DNA from: Lytechinus pictus
Lineage: Eukaryota
Direction of reading: 5' to 3'
Length of the DNA: 64,000 nucleotides
Assembly: GCF_037042905.1 (NCBI RefSeq)
Contig: NC_087251.1
Coordinates: forward strand, 28,398,001 to 28,462,000
Shown: one piece after another, positions 52,282 through 64,000 of the stretch
Numbering within the stretch: position 1 is the first letter of the stretch
How the letters are laid out: each line of letters opens with the position of its first letter
Translations under genes and position numbers: made by a program
Notes under the pieces: model-generated
What the model saw: the letters and a program-made list of their open reading frames with translations, nothing else
Database searches by the model: none
Told to the model about the DNA's origin: nothing

Positions 52282-52608
52282 TCATTGGAAGATGAAAACA
52301 AAATGTGCCAGGAGAAGCTGATCAAAGCACAGACCATCCTCCCCAGTTTCCTGCCCTTCACCACCCCTGCTGCCCAAGATACCATCAATGGCCAGCTCTC
52401 TAACTTACAGAGGGAGGTAGGCAATCTCTCAGAACAACTGACTCAAGGCAAACATGATGTTTTGAAGAGCATATCTGATTGGTCAGACTATGAGGCCTGT
52501 CATGCTAGAGTTAACCAATGGTTGGACGGGATAGACAAAGCAGTGGATGAAGCAGCCGAATTAAGAAACACCTTGCCAGAAAAAGCTGAACACCTTGAAA
52601 ATTCAAAG
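52282..52608 (+). CDS. SYNE1: Exon, rod
   Basis: gcag|..|gtatta; SLEDEN...ENSK; 327 nt. Confidence 0.92.
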
Positions 52609-53038
52609 GTATTAATTTGACCTCCCACTTGTGTATTTACATGATTATATTCAAGTTCTGTTGATGAAATGAAAGAAAATTAAAACAGATTGAGAGACTG
52701 GGAAAATATATGTATGTACATAAAATCTCATAAATACCAGTAATAAACCAAAAATACTTTAATACTGTTGGAAGTGGAAATTGAAAATTGCCTTAAATCT
52801 ATTGACGATGATGATAATAAACTATCATTATGATATAGCGTCTCTATGTACTTTAAAAGTATTTGGATATTATCACACTGGCTTTAGCGTGGCAACCATT
52901 TACAGTACACAAGAATTTCACAACTTTTCATGTCTTGAATTATCAATGTGTTCTTTATCTATGGCATGTACACCCTATCTCTATATTTTCTTAACCCCTT
53001 AATTATTTCTATTTATTACTTTTGGTTATTTGAACCAG

Positions 53039-53200
53039 ATGCTACAGGATTGTATGAACTCTGAAGCAGCCATTTTACAAGAGCTGACAGAAAAGGCCAA
53101 GGCTGTGTCATCCGCAAATAGTCCTGATGTAGAGGAACAAGTTGAGAGTCAACTGGCCCAAATAGATAATAGGTATCTTGCAGCAGTGGACAGATTGAAG
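53039..53200 (+). CDS. SYNE1: Exon, rod
   Basis: ccag|..|gtatgc; MLQDCM...DRLK; 162 nt. Confidence 0.9.
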
Positions 53201-53661
53201 GTATGCAAATTCAGAATGCTTGTTTCAATTTAATTTAAAAGCACAATTTGTAACGATTTAGGGAGAGGGGATTGGCCTTAGAACCCTTCATGCATTTACG
53301 GCTCTTCTGTACATGCAGATAAAAAAGATAAATGAATGGAATAAAATAAATGAATTGATGTATAAATATTCAGATTGATATGTGATACATGATAAGGTGA
53401 GAAAGCAGCAGAGACAAATAGGTGTAAATTTCTAAATTAATTTGTAAATTTCTTAAGGTTGTATTTTTGTGCAATTAAAATAAAAATAAAAAGTGAATCA
53501 ATGAAATGAGTGATTTAATTAAATCATGAGAATAAAGTACAAACATAAGGGCGCAACTTGCTTGTAAATTTATGCAGAACTGTATAAGCAGCTTTTATAA
53601 AACACTATCAATGGTGGAATAATATATTAAAATGCAGTTATTTTCCTGACTTTTTCTTCAG

Positions 53662-53826
53662 GACATCATTGGTAACCAAGAGAAAGCCTGCAAAGATCAT
53701 GCTCACTTTGATTCAGCAGTAAATGACTTAGAAAGTCTGATTGATAATGTCAATGAGAGTCTTGTAGATATCAAGAAACGTGCATCTGACATGGACAACC
53801 TTGAAATAGCAGTGCAGAAAGTCAAG
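53662..53826 (+). CDS. SYNE1: Exon, rod
   Basis: tcag|..|gtaatc; DIIGNQ...QKVK; 165 nt. Confidence 0.9.
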
Positions 53827-54290
53827 GTAATCTCACTTTGAGAGCATTTACTTAGTCAATGTATTCCCATATTTCTAAAACACTGATTAAATAGTTCTTT
53901 AAGATATTAAAATCACTTTGCTATTTGCTAACATATTTCATCTCTTATATCATAAGTGTCAAGTCTCCCTTTTAGTTTCAAATCTGTCGTATAATTCCAT
54001 AAACTAGTGATGATTTAAGAACAAAAATTCACTTTCTTTCTTCTTTCATTTTCTCTTTGTATAATCTCTTTATTGTTTTCGTCCTTTATGTAATTGCAAA
54101 ACTGTTGTGTGTCTGTGATAACTTCATGAAATATTGATGATTCAAGCTTTAAAAATGTAAGGTAGTCAGTGTTATTGCCTTTGTTTTGATTGATAGCGAT
54201 ATCAATATATAGGGTGTCTAATTCTGATTGTGTCCCTGATTTGTCAGAATTAGAAAAAAAAATAATTGTATACATTTTTACAAATTTCAG

Positions 54291-54617
54291 GCTCTTCAAT
54301 CCCAAATCACTGTTGGTCAATCCTTGCTTCATGCCATTGATGAAGGAGCTCAGGATACACTAGCCTCCACCACAGCCCCTGGTGAACAGGCAATCAAAGA
54401 CAAAGTCATAGCAGCAAGGGACAGTTGGAACCAGACTCTCACCCAATTGACTGGTGAGGAGTCTAAGCTATCAGAGAGGCTGACAGGCTGGAATGAGTTC
54501 AGTAGGATAATGAGTGAACTGGAGGAGTGGGTGAGAAAAGCTGAGAAAGCCTTGGGAGAGATTAAACAACCTCAGGATGACTTAGAGGGAAAATCTCAAG
54601 TCCTTGACCAGTGCAAG
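54291..54617 (+). CDS. SYNE1: Exon, rod
   Basis: tcag|..|gtgtgt; ALQSQI...DQCK; 327 nt. Confidence 0.92.
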
Positions 54618-55008
54618 GTGTGTATTACACTGTATTGGTATGTCATCCATCTATCTATCCGCCTGTCTATCTATATATCTATCTATCTATCTAATCTGTA
54701 TCTAATTATTTTCTCCCAGTTCAGAGGTTCATTGCAATATCTCTTAACTTTAACTTTAACTTCAGTTTTTGCCATTTGATCAGTAGTGCAGATTTTGTAA
54801 GATTTCGTATAGGAATAAATGAGAGAATATACAAAAGGGTTATTGCTGCTGAAGGAGGGAAAGAAGACAGCAAAAAATATTTCAACACATGTTTTATCTT
54901 GATGTTTATGAAATATGTAACTAGGAAAGAAAATTACAATTTTGTATGTTTTGAAGATATCTGATATGTAATGAAATTGATTTTCCTTTTCTTTTCTTTG
55001 GTTTCCAG

Positions 55009-55149
55009 GTCTTAAAAACTGAATTTCTCCAGCGTGAACCTGAGGCAAGAGTTCTGCAGGAAAAAGCCCGTCGGCTCAGCAATGAAGCACAGCTCGCCAG
55101 TGCTAATCAACTCAATACCAAATTCTTCCAACTCCAAAATCAGACAAAT
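55009..55149 (+). CDS. SYNE1: Exon, rod
   Basis: ccag|..|gtaagg; VLKTEF...NQTN; 141 nt. Confidence 0.9.
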
Positions 55150-55656
55150 GTAAGGTTATGTCCATCCTTCTATCAAAACAGCAAAAAGGCCAACTTTTTG
55201 TGGTGCCCACATTATGCTTGAACTGATGATATTAATAAGTTGGTGGCACAAGTTTGGAAACTTATGATTGGTTGTTAGTATGCATTTTCTTTTTTTATGA
55301 AAAATCTTCATGGAAATTGATGGGATAAACTTATTTCCAGTTTCATTGTGAAAAGGGAACTTGCCAGTCATTATTCCATTCAATATTTAATGCTCAAACA
55401 AATAAAGGTTTATAATCTGTTTCTTACAATAGATATCTTTTAATTCTCCATGTTCACTGTCCATTGTCTTAAAGATAGTTATTACTATTATCAGTAGAAA
55501 GGCATTCTCTGTATGAAAGACAGTGACTGCTTCTGTGGTATTACATTCCTATTGAAGTTCTCCAAGATTCCACGCAACCTTATATGAATGTGTACCGTAA
55601 TATGTAGATACCTTCAAAATTAACCTTGATGATTATTTCCTGTTCATATATTTCAG

Positions 55657-55950
55657 AATGCTGAAGAAACCTGTCAGAAAGCTGTTATGGATCACGAAAT
55701 CTACCAAGAGGCTTTCAAGGAAGCTTCTTGTTGGCAGGAATCTCTGGAATCAAAGGTTAAGGAAGCTTCAATGATATCAGGCCACAAACCAGACCTGGAG
55801 CAGAAGCTGGTGACACTGGATAATATGGAGAAGGAGATCACAGAGATGGGAAAAATGCTGGAGTCTACTACCCAGCAGGCTCAACTGGTCAACCAATCTA
55901 CATCTCTCAATGGTCAATCACAACTTGATAAAGACATCTCTCAACTAAAG
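55657..55950 (+). CDS. SYNE1: Exon, rod
   Basis: tcag|..|gtaaca; NAEETC...SQLK; 294 nt. Confidence 0.9.
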
Positions 55951-56187
55951 GTAACATTTCAGAGAATACCAAAGCTTGACGCGTTTGTGCAATTATTATC
56001 ATAAAAACTTATCAGTTCACTTTTTATCAAGTGTACATGTTGCAATGCATTTCATGAATCTATAATTCCAAAAGATGTGGCCCTGATGTGAGTTGCCATA
56101 TTGCATGTTTAGTATTCTACAAGCAAATTCAAACTCATTCAAATTAAAATGCAATTGAACATTTTTTTTTGTCTTTGTTTCATGCAG

Positions 56188-56385
56188 CACACCTTATCTT
56201 CGGTGAACAGTGGAATCTCTGATTCACAACAAGCATTGAAGGTGGTGCTGGACCAATGGAACAAACTTGATCAAGACTGTAAGGAGCTCCGTGATTGGTT
56301 GAAAGTTCTAGATGATACCATTCAGAAAGCAGGGGAGCTTCAGTCAACAGCTGCAGAAAAGAAAACTGTTGCTGAGGAAATACAT
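56188..56385 (+). CDS. SYNE1: Exon, rod
   Basis: gcag|..|gtaagt; HTLSSV...EEIH; 198 nt. Confidence 0.9.
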
Positions 56386-57003
56386 GTAAGTGTATGTCAT
56401 TATATTTTTTTCAAAGTATTTTATATTAACTTTCTTTTCAAAGTTTGCCAGGGGTGACTAGATATCGATATAGATCCTACGAATTGTTTTCAATTAAAAT
56501 CTTTGTTCATATTTTTTTGACAAAATAATATTTCAAATTGAGTTAAAATTAAATTCACTAGTGTACATAGACATGTATATCATTGAGGTGTAGGTGGTAA
56601 TTAGCTACTCCTTACTCATGTGTGTATGGAAACCTTGTACTGTGCAAAAGCCATTCTAGTATTTAAGCTTGGAAGCTCTTTCTAGAATGCTCCTAAGGAA
56701 ATTGGGAAACTGCATATGTACGTTAGTCAGAATTCAATGACTGGGTCATTACTACATTTGCAAAGCATTTAGAGAAATTGCTCTTGTTTAATGGCAGAAT
56801 GTTATTATCCATTCATTGTAATCCAAACAGATTTGTAGATACAAAAATATGTACAAGCAGAGATAGATTAATGTTGTTGAACTTTAATGATTTGGCAGTA
56901 GTTTTATTTTATTTTTCAAAGCATCTGAAACCATAAATACTTTTTATTTGTAGTCATTTTGTCTCAATTATTAAATAATTTTCTCTCTTTTTATCAAATA
57001 CAG

Positions 57004-57159
57004 GCTGTCTGTGAATCAATAAGCAGTCATCAGCCAATGGTGGAATCGATTGGTCAAGAGAGTGACCTTCTGATGAATGGTGGGGTCAGTGACCCAGAGA
57101 TTCAAGGTCAGGTCACCGAGTTGACCAATATGTACACTGACCTTCACAAAAAAGCACAG
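57004..57159 (+). CDS. SYNE1: Exon, rod
   Basis: acag|..|gtatgt; AVCESI...KKAQ; 156 nt. Confidence 0.9.
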
Positions 57160-58051
57160 GTATGTAATGATTCTGTAATGTAATGTATTCACGATTTTCT
57201 TATAAACTAAGTAAATTATGGGTGTTTATATAAAGATAATATATAAAATGATCTTATATTCAATTTTAAAGTTTTATATTACCCATTAAAATTTATGTAT
57301 AGTAATATAGTTTAGATATGCATGAACTTGTTGATCTTGTGGACTAGATTCCACAGAAAAAAAATATGAATTTGAAACTTTTATAAAGTCACTTTATACA
57401 ACAGAAATTTTGTATGTGATTAATTTTCAATGAAATGAGGCAAAAATAAAAGAAAATGAGAACATTGGACTTTAATCTGCCCACAGACTTAATGAATTTT
57501 TTACAATTTTGAATGAGAAAGGGACTGCATGATGGGATATACCCTAACACATGCAGAAAATTGGGTGAAAAGAATAGTTGGGACGATTTTGGGTCATTGT
57601 TCTATTGATTGTTATGCCCAGCGCACCCTACATGATCCATTGTGATTTTCAAAGATATCTGAATGATCAAAGTTCCAAATAGTAGGATGAATATTAAAAT
57701 CAGAATTTGGGTCTATTTTGAGTCTCAATGTAGAAAAAATGACATCATCATTGGCTATGATTTTGAAGCTGATTTGGACTTTACTCCGACCTCAAGGTTT
57801 GCAGAAAAGCAGAATTCTGATTTTAGTATTCCTGGCATTATGCTGAACTTCAAATGAAATGGTTTTACTTCTTGAAACTTTCAAATTTAATACAAAGCAT
57901 GATTTGTTTGAAAATCGCATTGTAGTCGGATTGTTTAGTGTGCGCGGGGTTTAGAATTAGTGCAAAAGCTGTGATGATGTTAACATGGATGGGATGGTAA
58001 ACCACTTCTCTAGATGTGATAAGCAGTATGACATGGGTTAATTCTTTCTAG

Positions 58052-58216
58052 GATGCAAAGCATAACCTGGAGAGGATAGCCGATGACCATTCTAAGCTTG
58101 ATGATGAGCTAGCAGCACTGTCATCCTGGATCCAGGACAAGACTAAAGAGATGGAGCCTTGCTGTAAAGTAGCATCTGATATGGAGACTAACCAAGCCAG
58201 ACTGGATATGGTCAAG
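58052..58216 (+). CDS. SYNE1: Exon, rod
   Basis: ctag|..|gttagt; DAKHNL...DMVK; 165 nt. Confidence 0.9.
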
Positions 58217-58226
58217 GTTAGTGTAA

Positions 58227-58400
58227 TCACCATCATCATCATCATCATCACCATCATCATCCTAATCACCATCGTCACCACCATCATCATCACCATCAGC
58301 CTCACTATCATCATCCTTATCTTCATCATCATTACTTTGTTACTGCCTTCGTCATCACCATCGTCATCTTCAAAACCATCATCATCATCATCATCATCAT
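58227..58400. repeat. (CAT)n degenerate microsatellite
   Basis: Directly visible just after the donor at 58217. Confidence 0.9.
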
Positions 58401-58818
58401 AATCAATAACATTACATTCTTCACCACTGCCATCATCGTCAATATCATTTAAATGGAGTTTTTAATCACCTTGGAAAAGAAACACTGTGGTTCATGCATG
58501 GTTTGCAGCAAAGTGTGGTCTCCTAATCTCTTAGGAATAATGTGCAGGAGTGATGTCACAATAGAGAAGCAGTTTGTGCACAATATGAAACAAAAAAATT
58601 ATATACAACACTAATTGCACCTATAGGAATCAAGTACAATTTAATTTTTGAAACAATTTGAAGCTCTTATTTGGGACTTGTTCTGATGTCTTTGATTGCA
58701 TTTAACACATCTCTTTGTGCAACCTGCCCCAATCTATCAACTTCCTTCTTCATTAATATAGTCATGGAAATTTTCTGCTGCATACACTTCATTGCGTTAT
58801 CACTTTTCCTTTCATCAG

Positions 58819-59148
58819 GCCATCTTGGCATCTCTACCAGAAGGTGAGGCTCTCTTGGATCAAGTCACATCCCACTCAGACCAGGTCCTCCCCGAGACCA
58901 GTACTAGACCAGGCCAGGAACGCATCACCAGACAGGTCCAGTCCCTGGAACATGAGCTGGATGCACTGAGGATGCTTGCCCAGGATTCCTGCTCCAACCT
59001 AGAGCAGTGTGCCTCCCTCTGGAGAACATTCCAAGAGAAAGCAAGGTTCTTGTCAGCCTGGATGGAGGGAGTTAATAATGATCTAGGGAGCTTTGATGGA
59101 GAATGTGACAGCCTGCTGGAGAAGAAGGAAAAGCTAAAGAAAGTGAAG
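58819..59148 (+). CDS. SYNE1: Exon, rod
   Basis: tcag|..|gtaaat; AILASL...KKVK; 330 nt. Confidence 0.92.
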
Positions 59149-59261
59149 GTAAATGTACTCATATTCCTTGATAGTAATAGTAATTGTAGTAGTACTAATA
59201 GTAGAAGTAGTAGTAGTGCTACTTCTATAATACTACTTATAGTCATAGTAGTTTTCTATTT

Positions 59262-59337
<76 letters not shown>

Positions 59338-59432
59338 TGGTAGTGGTAGTGGTAGTGGTAGTGGTAGTGGTAGTGGTAGTGGTATTGGTAGTGGTAGTGG
59401 TAGTGGTAGTGGTAGTGGTAGTGGTAGTGGTA
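59262..59432. repeat. Compound microsatellite (GTA)n then (GTGGTA)n
   Basis: Directly visible. Confidence 0.95.
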
Positions 59433-59602
59433 TTTTTGGTAGTATTAGTATTATTCATTATTTGTTTGTTTTCATTGCCTTTGTTCTTGAGATTTCCATA
59501 ATCATAGTCATCATTATTCTTATTTTATTTATGGTTTCTTATGTTTTTAATAAATTTTAACTGAATTACAATTATTCATAATGGTTTCTTCAAATTTTCC
59601 AG

Positions 59603-59758
59603 GAACTGATTGTTGATACTGAGGACAAGCAGCCTTTAAGAGAAGAAGTGACCTCATTAGGTCAAGGTCTTGTGACCTTTAACCCTAATGTAGCTCACAT
59701 GAGCAGTGAGGCCACAAAGTTAGCAGTACAGTACCAGACTCTTCATATGACACTCAAA
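59603..59758 (+). CDS. SYNE1: Exon, rod
   Basis: ccag|..|gtaaga; ELIVDT...MTLK; 156 nt. Confidence 0.9.
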
Positions 59759-60395
59759 GTAAGACTTGATCCATATCATAAAACATTGAAAGAACTTGTG
59801 CATACATGCATGTGTTTACAAGGCACAATTATATGCCAGCACTCTCCAAAACAACGGCTTGATTATCATCTCATTCAGAAAAAGGCAAAAACAGTACAGT
59901 TGTGATTCTACAATGATGAAGAGTTTTACTGTACATCAAGTTTTAAACTGCATCATGTTGCATATCCGATCATCCAGTTCAAAACTCATTAAATATAAAT
60001 CCTGTTAAGGTTCCCTGTAAATGAGCCTCCAAAAATATATTTTTCAGGCTTTTGATGAATTCCAAAGTCACACAATTGTATCAGAAAGAAAATGTTTCCT
60101 CTTTGTTTCTATATAAGTTGTATACTTCAACAAAAGCTGAGATACAGGCATATTTGAGAGACCATTTTAATATGTTTTTCACTTCAAGTATGCTTCATCG
60201 TAACAGTGTGCATACATCTTTTCTTGAAATGCTCTGTGAATCAAGTGCATGTATTGCTTACAGTTAATCAACAAGTTTCATATTTTAATTCAAAGGAACT
60301 GCTTTTATCATATGAACTGTGTAGAAATCTGAAATTTGATTTTGCCAACTTATTTTGGGTTCTGATTTTTAAAAATTCTTTGCGATTTGTTACAG

Positions 60396-60560
60396 GAACT
60401 TGACCATCACCTTGAGAGGGCAGTTGAGGATGAGAACAAGTATCAGTTAGCCAGTAAAGAATGCAAGGAATGGCAGAATGCTGCATGTCAAAAGTTGGAT
60501 ACTTGTGATGACCTCACAGGAAGTAAAACAGATATCAGAAACAGACTGCAGGTCGTACAG
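60396..60560 (+). CDS. SYNE1: Exon, rod
   Basis: acag|..|gtacag; ELDHHL...QVVQ; 165 nt. Confidence 0.9.
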
Positions 60561-61013
60561 GTACAGCTCCACGTGCTATTTATCTGAAAATTTATGAACC
60601 TTGTATTTTTGGTAAAGTTAGTCAAAGGCCATACATGTAGTTTTAAAACTTATTCATGCCAATATGTCTTTTTATAAAATAGTCCATCAATTAGGACTTG
60701 AAATCATTGGTTCTCTGGTTTTTACTTGCATGCAAAGATAGCTTTATTAGAAAGATATGGTGTATGTTTGCTTCTCATATTTCCAAATATTATGTTTGTT
60801 GCATTAGGAGACTCCCTATGTAAACTGGAAATTTAATCCATTGCAATTTCAAATTATGTTTCATGCAATCTTATAATGGTAATTATCAAATATTTCCTAT
60901 ATGATGTGGAATGCTAATATTTCACATCCCTTGCCAACAGCTTGGCTGAAAAGTCCTGACCCTCTGTGTTCTTATTTATTTATAGTTCACATTTATTTTA
61001 TCGGTTTCCATAG

Positions 61014-61196
61014 GAACTGATGTCAAGCAGACATCGTGGTCAGAGCCTTGTACATGCAATGGTCAGCAAGGCAGAGAAAGCTCAACAGCACACAGCTCCT
61101 AACGGTCAAGACGTGATGAAGGCAGAGGTCGATGAAATGACCATGGACTATGATGACCTGGTGAAGAAAATGAACAGTACTAAAGACAAATTACAG
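61014..61196 (+). CDS. SYNE1: Exon, rod
   Basis: atag|..|gtgaga; ELMSSR...DKLQ; 183 nt. Confidence 0.9.
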
Positions 61197-61324
61197 GTGA
61201 GAATTCAAAATGCTTCTACAAGAAATAAACTTCTATTCTTTATTTACAATTTGTCAATACTTCTTAACTGAATTTGTTAAGTATCATGAATCATTTCCCT
61301 TCCAGCTCATAAATGTACATTTAT

Positions 61325-62324
61325 ATCATTATCATTATTTATTCGGCAAACAATATTCAAAAATACATTTCAATGTATACAATACAAAATAAGAAATATC
61401 AACCAGTGGAGCGCCAGGGACAGAAAAAGTTAACTTAATTACTGTGGCATGAAGCCTCCTGTCCCAATTCCAATGGTTGATTTACAATATATATTAATAA
61501 CTAAACAATAGTGAAATACTCTTTATAAAATAATTATAAAGGGGTGTAGCATGCGATTAATAAAATATATAAATAAATTTAGTTACTTGTAACTAAAAAT
61601 GAGTAGAAATGACGGGGAAAGAGAAGAAAGCTGAATGAAGGTGACAAAAAGAAAGGAAAGGAGAGAGTGGGAGAGAGAGAGAGAGGGGTGGGAAAGGAAA
61701 AGAAAAAGTGACACAGGCAAAGGAATTGTGAACGCACCCAAAATGGTACAATAATACTTAAAATAAGACTTAACTTCTAAGGAATTAAACACTAAACAAT
61801 TTCTAAGGGAATAAACACTTAACAACTCGTTTAAATCGGGCGCTGGCGGAGGTAACACCCAAGTGCTACAAGCCATCTCGATAAGGAAGTCTCGACCACC
61901 CCCGTGCGCAAGGACTCGGGGAGCTCATCCCAATAACGGGGAAATGCATTGATTGCCGAACCATGCACCCGCTGAGTCCGCGCACGGAGGTGGACGAACC
62001 TCACCTCATCAGTTCGGCGAGTATTTACCGAAATGGCACGCCCAACAGTAGTACATTCAATTACACGGAACAATGACTTCACAACATAAGAGATAAGGCA
62101 ATATTTACGGCGAGAATGAAGACATTGCCAATTTAAGAGCTGCAGTCGGTCATCATAGCACATTTGTTGGCACCTTTGTTTTAATGCAATTCTGGTAGCT
62201 CGACGCTGTATTGATTCAATTTTATTTATCAGAAGTTGTGTGTGTAGATGCCAGACTGGCTGACCGTATTCTAGTATCGGAACTACGAGGGATTTATAAA
62301 TAGAAAATATTGCGTGGGGTGCTA
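61325..62324 (-). mobile_element. 5'-truncated CR1/L2-group LINE (ORF2 C-terminus plus 3' UTR), antisense to host gene
   Basis: Uninterrupted minus-strand frame 61831-62334: YKSLVVPILEYGQPVW..INKIESIQRRATRIAL..YDDRLQLLNWQCLHSRR, a post-RT motif of CR1-type LINEs. 3' UTR foldback, AATAAA and a short (ATAATG)-like tail. Confidence 0.85.
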
Positions 62325-62526
62325 GTATAAGCAAAGAATGTAATACAAATCAATCTTTGAAATGAAATTAATACAAGTGGGTGCATTTTTTTTCATCAGA
62401 CCATTATATGTAAATTGTGATATGTGTTTTATTTCCATATACTCAGTAAAAATGGCATATAAATCTCCATAAATGCTAATGATACTTTGTAAGCAACCTT
62501 TTTTTTTTTGCTCTATTCCATCACAG

Positions 62527-62670
62527 GTCCACTTGAAAGATTGGGAGAATTTCGAAGGTGGAAAAGACAAGCTGTCTCGATGGTTGGATGAGGCTTCTTC
62601 CCAGCTAGCAGATGCTCAGCAACCCAAAGCAACTCTGACAGAAAAGAAAGCACAACTAGATAGGTGCAAG
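62527..62670 (+). CDS. SYNE1: Exon, rod
   Basis: acag|..|gtaaga; VHLKDW...RWLDEA...DRCK; 144 nt. Confidence 0.9.
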
Positions 62671-62779
62671 GTAAGATGTTACCCTTCCCAATCCTCATTC
62701 AGACCTTGTGTTATAAATTTTCCAAACTAATTGTGATACAAATATAAGAATGATACATTATATAGCATGTTTCAATGCC

Positions 62780-63005
62780 ACCTTCATGTATCTGCGTGTT
62801 CAGAGGTGCACCATATAATTTCCCGACTTAAGTCACAGTTGCCATTTCCAGCTTTTAGTCCATGAATTTATCATGCTTGGTATCCATTCACCTCACTATT
62901 TGGATAACGATTTACCAAAGGTAAGTTAAGACCATGGCTTAGATTCTAGCCCATGACCCTCTGTGTCAAAAGGAATCAAAACAACCGGATCGCAATGCTT
63001 CCACT
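62780..63005 (-). mobile_element. Degenerate tRNA-SINE copy
   Basis: CCATGGCTTAGATTCTAGCCCATGACCCTCTGTGTCAAA resembles the SINE head at 22145-22181. Confidence 0.5.
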
Positions 63006-63320
63006 GTTTATTTTGGTTAACAGAAAGCCCGATTTGAAATAGATAATCACTCCATATGATATAAGACTGAGAAACGTAAACTTTCTATTCAAGCTTTTCT
63101 TTTATTGGAATATTTTTTGCCATATTTCCAATGCACATTTTTTTACCTAGCATTCAATGAAATCAGATTTACTTTTGAGTGCAATCTTGATCCTCTTATA
63201 GGTAGCAATTACTGTTGGTTGCATTTGAATCTAGGGAGAGTTCAATTCACCAGTGTAATAATTTTCATGAGACTTAGAATATGTAACAATTTTGATGCCT
63301 GTTGTCTTTACCATTTTCAG

Positions 63321-63476
63321 TGTATTCAGCAAGACATTCAGAGACACAGGCATGATCTTGCAAAGGTCACTGAGCATGCTCAGAAGCTTAGAGAGGATAG
63401 TCCTGACAATGAATCAGTCAAAGGACCTCTTGCTGAGCTGGTAGAGAAATTTGAAAAGCTTGAGAAAGATTGTCAG
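63321..63476 (+). CDS. SYNE1: Exon, rod (last in window)
   Basis: tcag|..|gtgagt; CIQQDI...KDCQ; 156 nt. Confidence 0.9.
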
Positions 63477-64000
63477 GTGAGTAACCATAGAGATTCTGGT
63501 GTTTTTTTATTGGACCAAACTTTTTGTGGACTATGTTGGTTTAACATTCTATTTCATTTACCAATGTATAAATGAGTTCTGGAAAATTTGTACACCATAT
63601 ATTTGGTCCTTGTAAGATGAATGTATCTCATTTCAGAAGAACAATGATATTGAATATGTTTTGAAAGATAAAAAATTACATCTCCTTCGTTGTGTGAGGA
63701 TTGAGGAATATTTGAAATAGGAAACATAATAAATGTGTATATGAATAGCAAATGGAGGAAGTAAAATTTGATGTATGACCTTGGTGTATGAACACAGCAA
63801 TATTGAGGTTTATCTTTGTCAGACAAAAACAAAAACAAATTAACCTGATAGTTATGTATGTTTCCAACTTCAGTATAATTTGTAGAGGATTACGTACAAA
63901 AAGCAGTGTAATACTTTATCCTGTTTGAAAAGTAATTTGAATAAATGGGGCAATGAATGAGTACATGATTGAATACATGAGTTCAAAATTAATGAAATGG

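Larger units (their letters stand above)
8857..63476 (+). other. SYNE1: Multi-exon gene (5' part, continues past window end): nesprin-1/SYNE1/MSP-300-like giant spectrin-repeat protein with N-terminal CH1-CH2 actin-binding domain
   Basis: 58 internal exons join in frame through GT(GC)-AG introns. CH motifs [56 protein letters not shown]. Nesprin-1-type segment EIKYRLLAFVVMAEKKLQTWTVKYG. Then repeated Trp/Leu spectrin-like helices. Confidence 0.92.

Noticed and set aside
57617..57950. Possible degenerate MITE
   Set aside because: Only a weak inverted match between the ends and no clear TSD.
59243..59458. Poly-Thr ORF (also poly-Ile 32895-33116 and poly-Met 58048-58332)
   Set aside because: Microsatellite translations.

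Overview
AT-rich eukaryotic (animal) genomic DNA. The repeat landscape suggests a marine invertebrate, plausibly an echinoid, but that is inference. The window holds the 5' part of one giant + strand gene, a nesprin-1/SYNE1 (MSP-300-like) orthologue. I traced 58 frame-compatible internal exons from 12195 to 63476 (about 11.05 kb of CDS, about 3,680 aa). They encode a tandem calponin-homology actin-binding domain followed by a long spectrin-repeat rod that runs off the right edge; no KASH domain or stop codon is in the window. Three short ATG-initiated, phase-1 candidate first exons lie upstream (2406, 4334, 8857). Notable points: a GC-AG intron, a repeating three-exon module encoding two spectrin repeats with apparent intron loss and gain, and 25 consecutive phase-0 exons. 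Introns carry many non-autonomous elements: MITEs, tRNA-SINEs, two LINE 3' fragments, a Helentron-like element with a 163-bp array rich in nuclear-receptor half-sites, and two hairpin-capped elements. I see no prokaryotic-type system (CRISPR, operon) and no clearly new biological system; the findings are gene-architecture and transposon observations.
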